Assembly: GCA_951406725.2 (NCBI GenBank)
Contig: OX597822.1
Span: forward strand, 6,634,001 to 6,698,000
Origin: Octopus vulgaris
Taxonomy: Eukaryota
Reading direction: 5' to 3'
Length of the DNA stretch: 64,000 bases
Shown here one piece after another: positions 1 to 12,575 of this stretch. Position numbers and translations under genes: made by a program. Position 1 is the first letter of the stretch, and each line of letters opens with the position of its first letter. Below the pieces are notes generated by a model. That model saw only the letters and a list, made by a program, of their open reading frames with translations. It did no database searches and was not told where the DNA came from.

Positions 1-345
1 TGATCTACTTTGGCGAACTGCTAGTTTATTTATCGATTTTCTTTGTTGAACTGCTATGTTAATTTATCGATCTCCTTTGGCGAACTGCTAGTTTACTTAT
101 CGATTTTCTTTGTCGAACTGCTATGTTAATTTATCGAACTCCTGTGGCGAACTGCTAGTTTACTTATCCTTATCGATTTTCTTTGTCGAACTGCTATGTT
201 AATTTATCGATCTCCTATGGCGAACTGCTAGTTTACTTATCGATTTTCTTTGTTGAACCGATATGTTAATTTATCGATCTCCTTTGGCGAACTGCTAGTT
301 TACTTATCAATTTTCTTTGTCGAACCGCTATGTTAATTTATCGAA
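1..345. repeat. 67-bp minisatellite (about 5 units, each a dimer of two ~33-bp subunits), cut by the window edge
   Basis: Unit starts at 2, 69, 136, 209, 276, 343 (one unit has a 6-bp insertion); subunits atcgatctcctttggcgaactgctagtttactt / atcgattttctttgtcgaactgctatgttaattt. Confidence 0.9.
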
Positions 346-370
346 GCCCTTTCGGGAACCTCTAAGTTAT

Positions 371-490
371 TTCAGTTTCCGTCCACCAAATCCACCCACA
401 AGGCTTTGGTCGGCCCGAGGCTATACTAGAAGACACTTGCTCAAGGTGCACGCAGTGGGACTGAAACCAGAAGCATGTGAAACGGGTAGC
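371..490 (-). mobile_element. SINE family A, partial (5' portion)
   Basis: Reverse complement of the family A segment seen at 2439-2590 (ttcagtttccgt...acaaggctttggtcggcccgaggctata...gcagtgggactgaa). Confidence 0.85.
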
Positions 491-717
491 ATGTATATGT
501 GTAGTTTGTATATATATATAGAAATGCACAAACTTATACGAATATATTTAAATACGTTTGTGCATACAAAAATATATAGAGCTACCGATGTATTTATATA
601 CATATACCCTAATATATACATACAATAAGCACTAATACATGCATCCATGCATACATATATTTACAAACAGTCCTGTTATCGCACGCACCTTTACAGATGT
701 ACATATTTAATATGTAA

Positions 718-1100
718 GCGTAGGAGTAGGAGTGGATGTGCGGTAAATAACTTGCTTATGTACCACATGGTTCCGGGTTCAATCCAACTACGTGGCACTT
801 TGGGCAAGCGTCTTCTACTTTAGCCTCAGGCCGGCCAAATCCTTGTGAGCGGATTTGGTAGACGGAAACTGGAAGAAGCCTATCGTATATATGCGTGTAT
901 ATATATGTATGTGTATATGTTTGTCTGTCTGTGTTTGTCCCCCCAACATCGCTTGACAAACGATTCTGGTGTTGTTACGTCCCAGTAACGTAGCGGTTCG
1001 GCAAAAAAGACCGATAGAATAAGTACTAGACGGTGCTCCAGCATGGCCACAGCCAAATGACTGAAACAAGTAAAAGAGTAAAGAGCAAAACGAGAGTAAA
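718..1100 (+). mobile_element. SINE family A (tRNA-derived), near full length
   Basis: tRNA-like head with A/B-box-like motifs (tggatgtgcgg, ggttcaatcc), body shared with 2439, 6825, 26761 and 61453, tail gactgaaacaagtaaaagagtaaa. Confidence 0.9.
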
Positions 1101-1307
1101 TATATATGTATTCTCATATAATTAAATATACAGGCAACGACCAAACTTATATACGGAGAATGTAGTGACCCGATTCTGATACATCTATTTATACCTTTTT
1201 CTTGCAAGCCAGACGAGAGAATAAACAATAACAAAAATCAATCATCAGACCAAAACAAGTGTCGTCACCGTATATTTATATCCATCTATAAGCTATAGAT
1301 ATATATA

Positions 1308-1661
1308 GTGGAGGCGCAATGGCCCAGTGGTTAGGGCAGCGGACTCGCGGTCATAGGATCGCGGTTTCGATTCCCAGACCGGGCGTTGTGAGTGTTTATT
1401 GAGCGAAAACACCTAAAGCTTCACGAGTCTCCGGCAGGGGATGGTGGTGATCCCTGCTGTACTCTTTCACCACAACTTTCTCTCACTCTTACTTCCTGTT
1501 TCTGTTGTACCTCTATTTCAAAGGGCCGGCCTTGTTACTCTCTGTGTCACGTGTCTGTGGAGTGCTCAGCCACTTACACGTTAATTTTACGAGCAGGCTG
1601 TTCCGTTGATTCGGATCAACCGGAACCCTCGTCGTCGTAACCGACAGAGTGATTCCAATCC
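1308..1661 (+). mobile_element. SINE family B (tRNA-derived) with 11-bp TSD
   Basis: Head ggaggcgcaatggcccagtggttagggcagcggactcgcgg...gtttcgattccc; TSD agatatatata at 1297-1307 and 1662-1672; near-identical to 50954-51339 apart from an internal deletion at a cacg microhomology. Confidence 0.92.
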
Positions 1662-2037
1662 AGATATATATACTTTGCTTCTACCACTTCTATTATCCTT
1701 ATTCCTGCGCAATGCATACACCTATCTACCTAGACCACATCTAAATACTATTCCCATGGCTAAACTCCACACCAAAAAACAGGACCTGTCACTATATAAA
1801 ACCAAGAGCAATTAAAATAAAGCAATTTGATGAAAGGAAGTAGGCTAAAACTTCTCTCTCTCTCTCTCTCAACAGTCATTACAAGAATTAGTAAGTAGGT
1901 CCTCTAATAAAAAGTATTGACAAATACTACAGTTTAATGTTAACGTATCTCTATCTTTCTGTCTGTCTCTCTCTGTGTATATATGTATATATATGTCTGT
2001 ATACATTCATACATACATACATGCATACATATATTCA

Positions 2038-2115
<78 letters not shown>

Positions 2116-2253
2116 TGTACGTATGTATGTACATACGTATGTATATGTTTACTTATATATCATAATGCCGCTGGAGTCTGAGGACTCAAAATAACTTGCT
2201 TAACGTGCTTGGAGGCAGATAATGTTATATAATACTTAGTAAGTTACCTACAA

Positions 2254-2310
2254 CTTCCAAGATCTTTCATCTGTAGAATGATACTTTCATATGCAGAATC
2301 ACCAGAAGAC
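2254..2310 (-). ncRNA. Degenerate type I hammerhead relic
   Basis: Minus strand: gtctt CTGGTGA t tctgca..tacaga t GAAA gatc tt ggaag; core A>G change, palindromic stem III, weak stem I. Confidence 0.4.
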
Positions 2311-2438
2311 AGAATGCAGCTATATTCTTTGAATTAAGGAATCTGGAGATAGCTACGCTTCTATTCGCATCTAATATGTTGCAACCTGTAAGTAAAACCG
2401 AAATATAATATGATACGCTATATAATGTTAAACATGTA

Positions 2439-2853
2439 CGCAGGAGTGGCTGTGTGGTAAGTAGTTTGTTTACCAACCACATGTTTCCGGGTTCAGTCCC
2501 ACTGCGTTGCTCCTTGGGCAAGTGTCTTTTACTATAGCCTCGGGCCGACCAAAGCTTTGTGAGTAGATTTAGTAGACGGAAACTGAAAGAAGCCCGTCGT
2601 ATATGTATATATATATATATGTATGTGCGTGTGAGTGTTTGTGTGTCTGTGTTTGTCCCCCTAGCATTGCTTGACAACCGATGCTAGTGTGTTTATGTCA
2701 CCGTTACCTAGCGGTTCGGCAAAAGAGACCGATAGAATAAGTACTGGGCTTACAAAAGAATTAGTCCCGGGGTCGAGTTGCTCGATTGAAGGCGATGCTC
2801 CAGCATGGCCGCAGTCAAATGACTGAAACAAGTAAAAGAGTAAAAGAGTAAAA
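2439..2853 (+). mobile_element. SINE family A, full length
   Basis: cgcaggagtggctgtgtggtaag...gggttcagtccc head; internal TA/TG tract; tail aagtaaaagagtaaaagagtaaaa. Confidence 0.93.
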
Positions 2854-3459
2854 GATATATATATATATACACACTATATAATATTATATATGTATGTGTG
2901 TGTGAGTGTATATATATATATGTATGTAGGCATGTATGTATGTATGTATGTATGTATGTATATATACACATTCACACGCATATGTTTGCGTGTGTCCTTG
3001 TGGTTTATGTGTAATAATGTTTATTGTATTGAAATAGAAATTTTTACGTGGTGTCTCTCTGTGTCATGTAAATTGGTCGTCCGGTAGATATTTCTCCACG
3101 AAAGCTATAAGTCTACAATAAGTATTTAACTAAATGTACGAGTGAAGCACTGAACGCAGTGTATTAATGGATGAAGCTAACAGAAGAGGCCATAGGATGA
3201 GTGTCCAGCTGCTCGTTCAAATGAATTAGAAGTTTATCAATTAATGAATAGATAACTGATCATTCCACATAATCGCCTACTTTGAATGTACCGTAAATCC
3301 TCGAATATAATCCGCATTTTTTCCCCAAAATTTGAGTGAAAACAATTAAGGAATATGGAAAGCAGAATCAAGTATAACTACGACTTCTAAATTTCGAAAT
3401 TAATTTGATCATATATATGGTGAAATGCTATTGCTACATGTACAAGAAGAGGATGATAC

Positions 3460-3533
<74 letters not shown>

Positions 3534-3579
3534 ATATATATATCTCTCTCTCTATATATATATACATATATATATATAA

Positions 3580-4464
3580 GTTCAGATGAATATATCTAGG
3601 GAAATTATTTGGTCTATGTTAATTACCTCCCTCTCATTACATTTTAATATATCTTATTGTCTCCTGACATATGTGCTAAATTGATAAGGTTTATTTTTCC
3701 ACAGTTAGTAAATATTATGTCTAGCGTATTCATTTAATTCAACTCATTAATAAAATAAATCACTATTTACTAGTTATGAGTCTATATTAATAGAAATGGG
3801 TACATATATATTTATATAAATATGAAATGATTTCTAAATTGTCTATCCCTATATAAGATACTAATATTTATTGAAATCCTTTGGAAAATTATCTAAAGGA
3901 CATTTACTTAAAATTTATAATATAGAATTTGGCTGTTAAATGGTAAGTGACATTGAAAACCTCTAGAGCATTAGTAGTCTCTATTCTCCTTACCCCACTA
4001 ACTTCACCCTACTAGCTTTTGCTCTAATGCATTCAAATATGTCTAAACTAAATTCCCCCAAATAAGGATGGATTTATGGTTTTGACATTTGTACTACCCC
4101 TTTCTCTATCTATAAATAGAAAAAAATCTTGTTTGTCTCCATTCAACCAGAAATAAAAAAAACACCCTCCCCACTGATAGATCTAAATAACAAAGTGAAC
4201 TTAGTGGTAAAATCTACAGACTGAGAACGAGCATACTACCATCATGTTCTTAATGATGAAATTAACCTCTCTGTCTATATATCTAATTTCTTAGTAATGT
4301 TGGCAAATATATAAGAATGTGCATTGTCAGTTTAATTCAAAAATTCTATATGTGACTGAAGATTGCTCGACATTTTAAAACTGATGTAATACAGTGTTTA
4401 ATAAAATTATGTAGCATGAAACAATTGTACTACACCACCTTGGATATCCTTGTTGCTTATTTTG

Positions 4465-4466
<2 letters not shown>
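3580..4466 (+). mobile_element. Decayed Penelope-like element ending in an HHR-containing terminal repeat
   Basis: Bounded by microsatellites; the last 25 bp (ggatatccttgttgcttattttgat) are identical to 16013-16037; HHR motif near the 3' end; no readable ORF, so the 5' boundary is uncertain. Confidence 0.45.
4351..4434 (+). ncRNA. Type I hammerhead motif (Penelope-type, imperfect stem I)
   Basis: tgtga CTGAAGA(4356-4362) t tgct..agca t GAAA(4418-4421) caattg TA ctaca; palindromic stem III. Confidence 0.6.
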
Positions 4467-4497
<31 letters not shown>

Positions 4498-4516
4498 TTA
4501 TCTATCTATCTCTCTA

Positions 4517-4659
<143 letters not shown>

Positions 4660-4730
4660 GAAAGGAAAGAATTTAAGTGTAGATGAACTTTAAATTCAGT
4701 TTAAATCCCAGTTGGTGCAGAACCAATATA

Positions 4731-4822
4731 TCTTTTACAAATTATTTCGGAGTCTAATCCATTCGAAAGACTAAGACCAAAAGCTCTTCATGAAGTAGAA
4801 ATTAGATTCCTCATCAGGAATT
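4731..4822 (-). ncRNA. Type I hammerhead motif, degenerate stems I and III, in a short TA-flanked element (about 4657-4935)
   Basis: Minus strand: CTGATGA ggaatctaat..attagactcc GAAA taatttg TA; stem II pairs 9 of 10. Confidence 0.55.
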
Positions 4823-4932
4823 GCATACTGGTATTAATGAATGCGACCAACAAAAATATGTAAAAACCTTTCGTAGCCCAGACGTGAACAAATAAATGAA
4901 AGATAGTAAGAACGCCAGATATTCAAAACTAG

Positions 4933-5050
<118 letters not shown>

Positions 5051-5176
5051 TTATTTAAACTTAATAATATGGTAAAATTACACGAAAATAAAATAAAAAT
5101 AAAACAACAAATGTTTTGTTTACAAAATAGCCTTCTGCAAGTAAAACAGTAGAACGGCTAAAGAGAGAGAGAGAGG

Positions 5177-5244
<68 letters not shown>

Positions 5245-5708
5245 GAGAGATTAGTATCAATGAAGGTAGAGGAGAGAAAAGGTAATACAGTGAAGGAGAG
5301 GCAGCGAGAGTAACAGCCATGATTGAGAGAGTGAGGGAAAGTAATGGCCGTTTGAGAAAGAACGTAGAGTATATCTTCTGTTCACAACATATGACTGAGA
5401 AAGGCTGGGGCGAATAGTGTAAAAGACAGCCATTCAATTCGGTGTGACTATATGTGGATATGTGTGTATATGAAAAAGGGAGGTATGTGAATGTTTGTGT
5501 GTGTATGCATGTGCGCGTCTGTGTGTGTGGGGGAATGTGTGGCTGTGCGCGTGCGTAATGGAAACGTACAACTCTGAAGATAAAAACCGTGATCATTCCA
5601 AATTAGTTTGAGGATGTGTATATATGTGTGTGATTGGGAAATATTTGAATATGTTGTATCTGTGAGTGTTCCGAACTTCATTTTGTGTAAGGCCCATTTG
5701 TTATTTAA

Positions 5709-6800
5709 TTGTGTTTGTATATGTACATTCATTTGCCTTGCTCAGGGGCTTAATGTCTTCAGCTTCAGCCCTTGGCCCAGCTGGTTTCAGGTAGTATCGG
5801 AGAGAACTGGGCGAAACTACGTGGACATTCCAGACTCCGACTGAAGAAGCAATTAGCTGCGAATGATCCGTGTATCTTGTTTTGTCCTGTTTGCCGTTGT
5901 TGTGCTATCGTCCTTTTCCTGCTTGTTACGTTTTGACGATTTCCGCTTGTATTTTTTAAACTTTAACACTACATACAATTTGGTGTTTTTCTTTGTAAAA
6001 AAATGATACTCCTTGAATATTATGTACGACTCTCACCTACTTTTCCTCTTTTGCTCCTTTTCTTACCCCCCTTTCCCTCTCTGTCTTTCTCACTCTCCCA
6101 TTCTCGATTTTCTCCAAGTGTCCTTCCTCTTCCATCTCTCTTTTCTCATCGTCTCTCTTACCCCATCGTTCCTCTGTCCCTCTGATTTCATCTTCCCTCT
6201 CTCGCATTCTTTAATCCCTTTTCCCTTCCCTCTTATCTCTCAATCTCATTTGCTTTCCTTCCTCACCTCCCTTGTACCTTGTTTCTCTCTCTCTCTCTCT
6301 CTCTCACATTTTGTGATCCCTCCCTTTCATTATTTGGTCCCTATGATTTCTTTTTCTCTTTCATATTCCTTAGTCCCTCTGCCTTCAACGCCTCCTCTCC
6401 TCTACTACGTGATCGCTGTCAGGTTTATACATTGACGTTCTTTTTGCGGATCACCACCTTTGAGGTCAGTCGCATCTGTTCTTTTCTGTCTCGCCACCCG
6501 CTCAGTAAAATTTTTCCATTTCCTTTTTCCTTGCGCTACCTTACTACACTGTCTGATTGTCGAAAGTCTCTGTCTTGTGTTATTTTTGTTGTATAGCTGA
6601 ATGTCCATTGTATATATATAATTCTATTCCTTATGTTATGTTCGCCCGATAGTTGAAAGATCCTTTCTGCTTGTTCTTTCTTTGTGTTTGTATATGTAAA
6701 TTCATTTACCTTGCTCAGGGGCTTTAGCTTTGCTTTGCCCTATTTGCAGTTGTGCTATCGTCCTTTGCCCGCTTCTTATATTTTCACGATTTCTGTTTGT
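5709..6800 (+). repeat. Diverged direct repeat pair (5709-5950 and 6682-6800) separated by a pyrimidine-rich tract; the second copy is internally deleted
   Basis: Shared ttgtgtttgtatatgta.attcattt.ccttgctcaggggctt and ttgtgctatcgtccttt blocks. Confidence 0.75.
5738..5852 (+). ncRNA. Rearranged (non-circularly permuted) hammerhead-like motif, copy 1
   Basis: X ttgct / Y caggggct..agcccttg / II gcccag / III gtag-T-A / I tcggag / II' ctgggc GAAA III' ctac / I' ctccga CTGAAGA X' agcaa. Confidence 0.7.
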
Positions 6801-6824
6801 TATGGTTTTTACCTTTGGTTTATA

Positions 6825-7147
6825 TTTACTCTTTTACTCTTTTACTTGTTTCAGTCATTTGACTGTGGCTATGCTGGAGCACCGCCTTCAGTCGAGCAAA
6901 TCGACCCCGGGACCCACTCCTTGTAAGCCCAGTACTTATTCTATCGGTCTATTTTGCCGAACCGTTAAGTGACGGGGACGTAAACACACCAGCATCGGTT
7001 GTCAAGCAATGCTAGGGGGACAAACACACACACACACATATATATATATATACATATATACGACAGGATTCTTTCAGTTTCCGTCTACCAAATCCACTCA
7101 CAAGGCTTCGGTCGGCCCGAGGCTATAGCAGAAGACACTTGCCCAAG
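6825..7147 (-). mobile_element. SINE family A, 5'-truncated
   Basis: tttactcttttactcttttacttgtttcagtcatttgac... is the reverse complement of the family A tail and body. Confidence 0.92.
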
Positions 7148-7979
7148 TTGACATGCAGTTTCCAAAAGTTCAAAAGCCAATAAAAGTCAAATAGAATCAT
7201 CAGAGTGAAAATAATTAAGGAAGATGACATGATATATGCGTATAAATGCTTGTATATTATCACGTGGTGAGTTTCAGTAGAGTCTCCGTTTACAGATTTC
7301 GACTGCAACTCAAAAACTGCTGATAAAGTCACTTACCCAAGGTGAACTGGAATCAAACACAAATCCACGTGGTTGAATCGTCAATATGATATCCATACAA
7401 ACATATCTGCATTTATTCCTTTTTATCGAACTATATTCTGAAGTTTGTGAAACATTATTACTAAACTTGTTGCACAGTTTCACTACATGTTGAATGTAAA
7501 TGCGAAGAGTCTTTTTTTTCTTTTTATAGATATTGTAAAGTTATTCTGCTTTGAAGAAGTTTGCAATATTTATTAGACATGATGTGAGAGTTCTCTAATG
7601 TTGCCTTACTTCAATCGAAATAAACTGCACAAGAAGGTTGTCTTTTAAATTTAAATATATAATTCTGAACTGAAATCATACAACGTCGGTAAGAAGAATT
7701 CATTTGGAAGCCCTTACTTTGGTATATCATCGTATACTGCGTTGTCAAATAAATGATTCTTTCATTTTTGTCGGAAGAAACTGATTTAAGGAAGAATTTA
7801 CTGCAATTAATACACTCACGTAAACAATATTATCTCTATGTTGTGTGTTTATTGTAGAAACATTTCACCTGTATCTCTCTTTGAATTGATTATCTATCCA
7901 TAGATTATTATTTTTTTTATTTTGTCTGGTCAATATTCACTGAACATGGGTCTAAAATATAAAAGAAAAAGATAAAGGA

Positions 7980-8555
7980 GTAGGGCTGGCAGAACTGTTA
8001 CCTCTCCGGACACAGTGCTTAGTAGTATTTCTTCCAATCTTAGGTTCTGAGTTCAAATGCCACCGAAGTCGACTCTACCTTTTGTCATTATAAAGTCTAT
8101 AAAATAAGTATTACTTTAGTAGTAGTGGACTCGATGTAACTGACTCACTACCACGTCCAAAACTGTTGGCTTTCTGCCAAAATTTGAAATCGTTAGCACT
8201 CCGGAAAAGAAAATGCTTAACGCCGGGAGGTCGACATTGCCTTTCATCTTTTAGGAGTCAATAAAATAAGTACCGGTTGAGCACAGGGGTCGATGTAATT
8301 GACTATACCCTCCACCCACGAAACTGCTAGCTTTGTACCAATGTTTGAAGCCGTTATTATTATCATGAAGGCGGCGAGCTGGGGAATTTTCCAATATTAC
8401 GCTCTGAGTTCAATACTGCTGGTGTCGACTTTGTTCTTCATCCTTTCAGAGTCGACAAAATAAGTACCAGTGGAACGCTGGAGTCAATTTAATCTACTGA
8501 ACCTGCTTCTGTGCCATCTAAAGTGTTGGCCTTGTGCTAAAATTGGAAACCAATA
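7980..8555 (+). mobile_element. Cluster of about 3 old, diverged family C SINE copies
   Basis: Recurrent gttctgagttcaaat..gtcgact..ttcatc..aaaataagtacc motifs. Confidence 0.75.
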
Positions 8556-10039
8556 TATTAAACATGATTCAAGAAATGTTTCCGATTGCACAGGATAAAT
8601 GCACAACGATAGACAGACACATTGCGTTGAACCATAATAAAAAGAAATAAGCATTGAAATCTGTTAAATAAATAGTGTTAAGCTCTATGTTACACATTCT
8701 ATCACAGAATATTTGTTTCTGAAGTGTAAATATTTTGTAATTCACCTTTCATTCTAACTCAAATTTAATAGTGATTACAAAAAGAATTGATTTATGTTTT
8801 CATGGCAATTTTGATTACTAAAGAAAATTTGAAAGCCAGGAGGTATATCTGTTGTTTCGCCTCTTTAAATAAAAATTAATTTCCCGGATAAACGGTGTGT
8901 TTTATCTCGAGCAAAGTACTTCATTTCATGTTACTGTCATGCACTCAGATGAGAAATCAGTTGCAGTCTATTGCTTGTTGAGCTACTTGTCCCTCCGGCT
9001 GGCAAATCCTAGGTGTTCTGTTGTTATATACGTGTATATTTGTATCTGCGAATGTATATCAATATGTGTGTGTATGTCTGTTCATGTGTATACCAGTAAT
9101 ATTCAAAATATACAACTCTGTATATATTTCCATATTTTGCATGACAGCATCCAATACCTGTTCAGCACTTAATTACTGTAATCTACTGTCATAAAAAAAC
9201 ACGTATACAGACATACCTGAAATCAAAATCAATACAGATATTTCTTGTGTCCCTCACAACATGTGGTGTCGTCAATAAAGCCAACTCGTTAACAACGAAG
9301 CTACGAGCAGAAAAGAGTAATTACTAAGGCCCTTGTTTATATGAGAAACATAAATTATATATAAAGCATCTATATTGATTTTGTGTATATATATCTATAG
9401 GAATATTTATTTGTATGTAAGTAGATCGAAATAATTATGTTCATCTCTTGCATTGTACTCTGTCTTAAAATGCATTGAAGCATATACTGAAGTGTATATT
9501 TCGATATATATTTCCAACAATTTACATGGTCGAGCACTTAGCCATATATAGAATCGTAAATATTTGCATGATGAGATACCATGAGCACAGCAGTCCTATT
9601 TTATTTCACCTTCATTTGTCTAATTACTGGAAGTTTCATATTTCTACAGAGATACACTTTCAATTATAAATTTCTTCTATGTTCTACAGTCATCACTAAG
9701 AAACTTAAGAATATATACTTAGACTCTTCCAGTGACCAAGACTACTGCTGCAATTACTGCGTTGCAGCTTCTGGCGTCTCTGATTATGAATTAAACTTTA
9801 GTGTTTCTTTAGAGATTTAATAAAAGAGCTATGAAGACTGGCATTCATTACAAAGTGTTCAGCTAAAACAGCAGTAAGTCACCGAATGCAGTCATACGTC
9901 AACTCTTGGTCTCTTTGCTTATATGTGAATTAATATTTTGTTCTGTACTAATGTTGTAGTTTGTAGGGGAGTGAAATTGAGAGGATATGCATGTATGGTC
10001 TCTCAGTGTCTTACAATCAGATTCTATAAACACTACACA

Positions 10040-10053
10040 TAATAATAATAATG

Positions 10054-10110
<57 letters not shown>

Positions 10111-10392
10111 GAATTATTGTATACAGTGCTCAGGTGCACCACAGCTTGTCAAAAGTGCATATAAAGCATATGCAGTAATATACGAATGTCTCGAATGTGA
10201 ACAGTGTATGAGTCAGATACATGCTTGCGTGTGTATGGAGGGGAGAAAATCAGGTGTAGTGTTGGCGGATCTCAGGAAGCATGGAAGTGTTGAAGGATGC
10301 AGTGCTCCGACAACTAACAACTGATGCCGGCAGTTTTTTCTATGCTTCAGCAACTCTTAGCGTGAAAAAAGTGTTTCCGAAAGTCATGGGTA
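10040..10392 (-). mobile_element. CR1/L2-group LINE 3' fragment with (ATT)n tail
   Basis: Minus-strand translation HDFRKHFFTLRVAEA*KKLPASVVSCRSTASF resembles the CR1-group ORF2 C-terminus; followed by a 3' UTR and a triplet tail. Confidence 0.7.
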
Positions 10393-10520
10393 TCTTAATT
10401 TGTAACAACCAATTATTAATTTTGCAAGTGCAACCAATTGCAAACATGTAATACTGGTGTGGATGCAGGAAGGCCCTGGTTAAAACTTTACTCAGTACTG
10501 CCGGTAGGTATTGTAGATCT

Positions 10521-10754
10521 ATCTGTTTCTTTATTGCCCACAAGGGGCTAAAACATAGAGGAGACAAACAAGGACAGACAAACAGATTAAGTCGATTATA
10601 TCGACCCCAGTGCGAAACTGGTACTTTATTTATCGACCCCGAAAGGATGAAAGGCAAAGTCGACCTCGGCGGAATTTGAACTCAGAACGTAACGACATAC
10701 GAAATACCGCAAAGCATTTCGCCCGGCGTGCTAACGATTCCGCCAGCTCGCCGC
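10521..10754 (-). mobile_element. SINE family C, full length
   Basis: Reverse complement of gcggcgagctggc..gagttcaaattccgccgaggtcgactttgcctttcatcctttcggggtcgataa..aagtaccag. Confidence 0.92.
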
Positions 10755-11813
10755 TGATATATTTATTAGCAAGTACCACTAAGCAGACACCAGTCTCTTT
10801 TTAGCGGGTCTAGTACTTTGTAAATAATTCACATTTCAATTAGAATCAACATCTAGTTGAATATATTATGCATTAACGTATTTTAACCTATTGGCTCTCT
10901 TCTACGTCGATAACTACTCTATGCTTACACACTCACTGACTTTAAACAAGTTCGTTTGTTTGTTTGTCTGTTGCTATAACTAAATATAATATGGTAACCA
11001 TAGACTAGTCTGTTCTACCCTACAAGATGCTGATTATAATATGTTAAAAGAGTAAACTATGTTTCTCACCTGATAATCACCTTGCTAGACTTATAATGAC
11101 ACAGTGAATAGGTGTCATGTTGTCTAGTATATTATATCACTATACGCAGCAACAACACTGCAAACGTGTCAAGTGTTTCGTTAGCTTTCAGCAGCACTAA
11201 GATGAATTCTGCTTCTATTTTTTTCTTTTTTTCCTGGCAAGAAGAACTCGAGTAAAACTGGTTTAAGTTACTTAATGCATTAAGTTACTTTCACACATTC
11301 ACAAACGCACGCACATGCGCAGACACGTACACGTGCGCGCACAGACCTACATACACCCGATCGTATTATATTTATTGAGATATATATATACATAGACATA
11401 AAAACATACACAATAATTCATCTGTGTGATTTTCTGGGAATATCTAAATCAAAAAATATAGATTATTTATATCCACCACCACCACCCAAAAATTAATAAT
11501 TTTTCTCAGTGTCAGCTGCCATCGAATATGTCCATACATCAGCTGTCAGCCAATTTCGCAGCGAATGATTAACCTTATTTGCTTGGACAGTATAGCAATT
11601 CTGAACATAAATTTGATTGACTAATTCATTGATTCATGAATTGACACTGTGGGAATTTGTAAGTCACGTATGTTTATATATGCATATAAAGATGTATATA
11701 TGCATCTGCTTAACTCCAGAAAATAACTCAATAATGCATTATACACACACGCACATACTGATAAGCATAGACACATACAAATACATGTGTGTCTATATAT
11801 GATAATATATGAC

Positions 11814-11906
<93 letters not shown>

Positions 11907-12575
11907 TATATATATGTATATATATATAATAGAAATATTAAAATTACTAAGTCTCTCTAAAGGAGATTACGGCAGCGTTACCGGATATTATATATATATA
12001 TAAACACACACCTATTTGAGCGTGCAAACAATAGACATTATTTAATTAATGACAAACTGTCGAAAGTTCAAATATGAAATGTAGGCTACCGATAATGCAC
12101 TAGCTTAGCTTATGACTGCTGTTTTTAGCGTCTGATCTGTACTATTGAATTCGATGTAAGTTGGGTAGGTTTACTCTCAAGAGGTGTGAAAGAAAAAAAA
12201 TTACACAGTGACACAGGTCGTCAGGAGACTCTCACACATTTTCCCGAGTTTCAATGGCTCAGAGAGAAGGACCTCTTACTTTATCAAGTCCCACACCCAT
12301 GATTTTTGAATATTTAAATATATTTCAGTCCTTCTAATACAAACATATATATACGCACGCACGCAATCACACGCACACACGGAAACATGCAGAGACATAC
12401 TGACATGCATATAAGTGGAGACACACACACACACACAGTGTATATATGTATATATGTGATGGTAATTTAATATCATAACTTGTAGTGGTGATATATTAAG
12501 GAGTATGTAGTGTTTTATTAACTTTTTAATGATGCTATAAAGTATTTCACTCATAAATGTATTAGTTAAATTAAT

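Noticed and set aside
1-345. CRISPR-like periodicity
   Set aside because: No unique spacers (the intervening sequence is itself repeated), eukaryotic context, no cas genes.
1310-1385. tRNA gene (and similar heads at 2439, 37292, 51265)
   Set aside because: tRNA-like heads continue into SINE bodies with tails and TSDs, so they are SINEs rather than tRNA genes.
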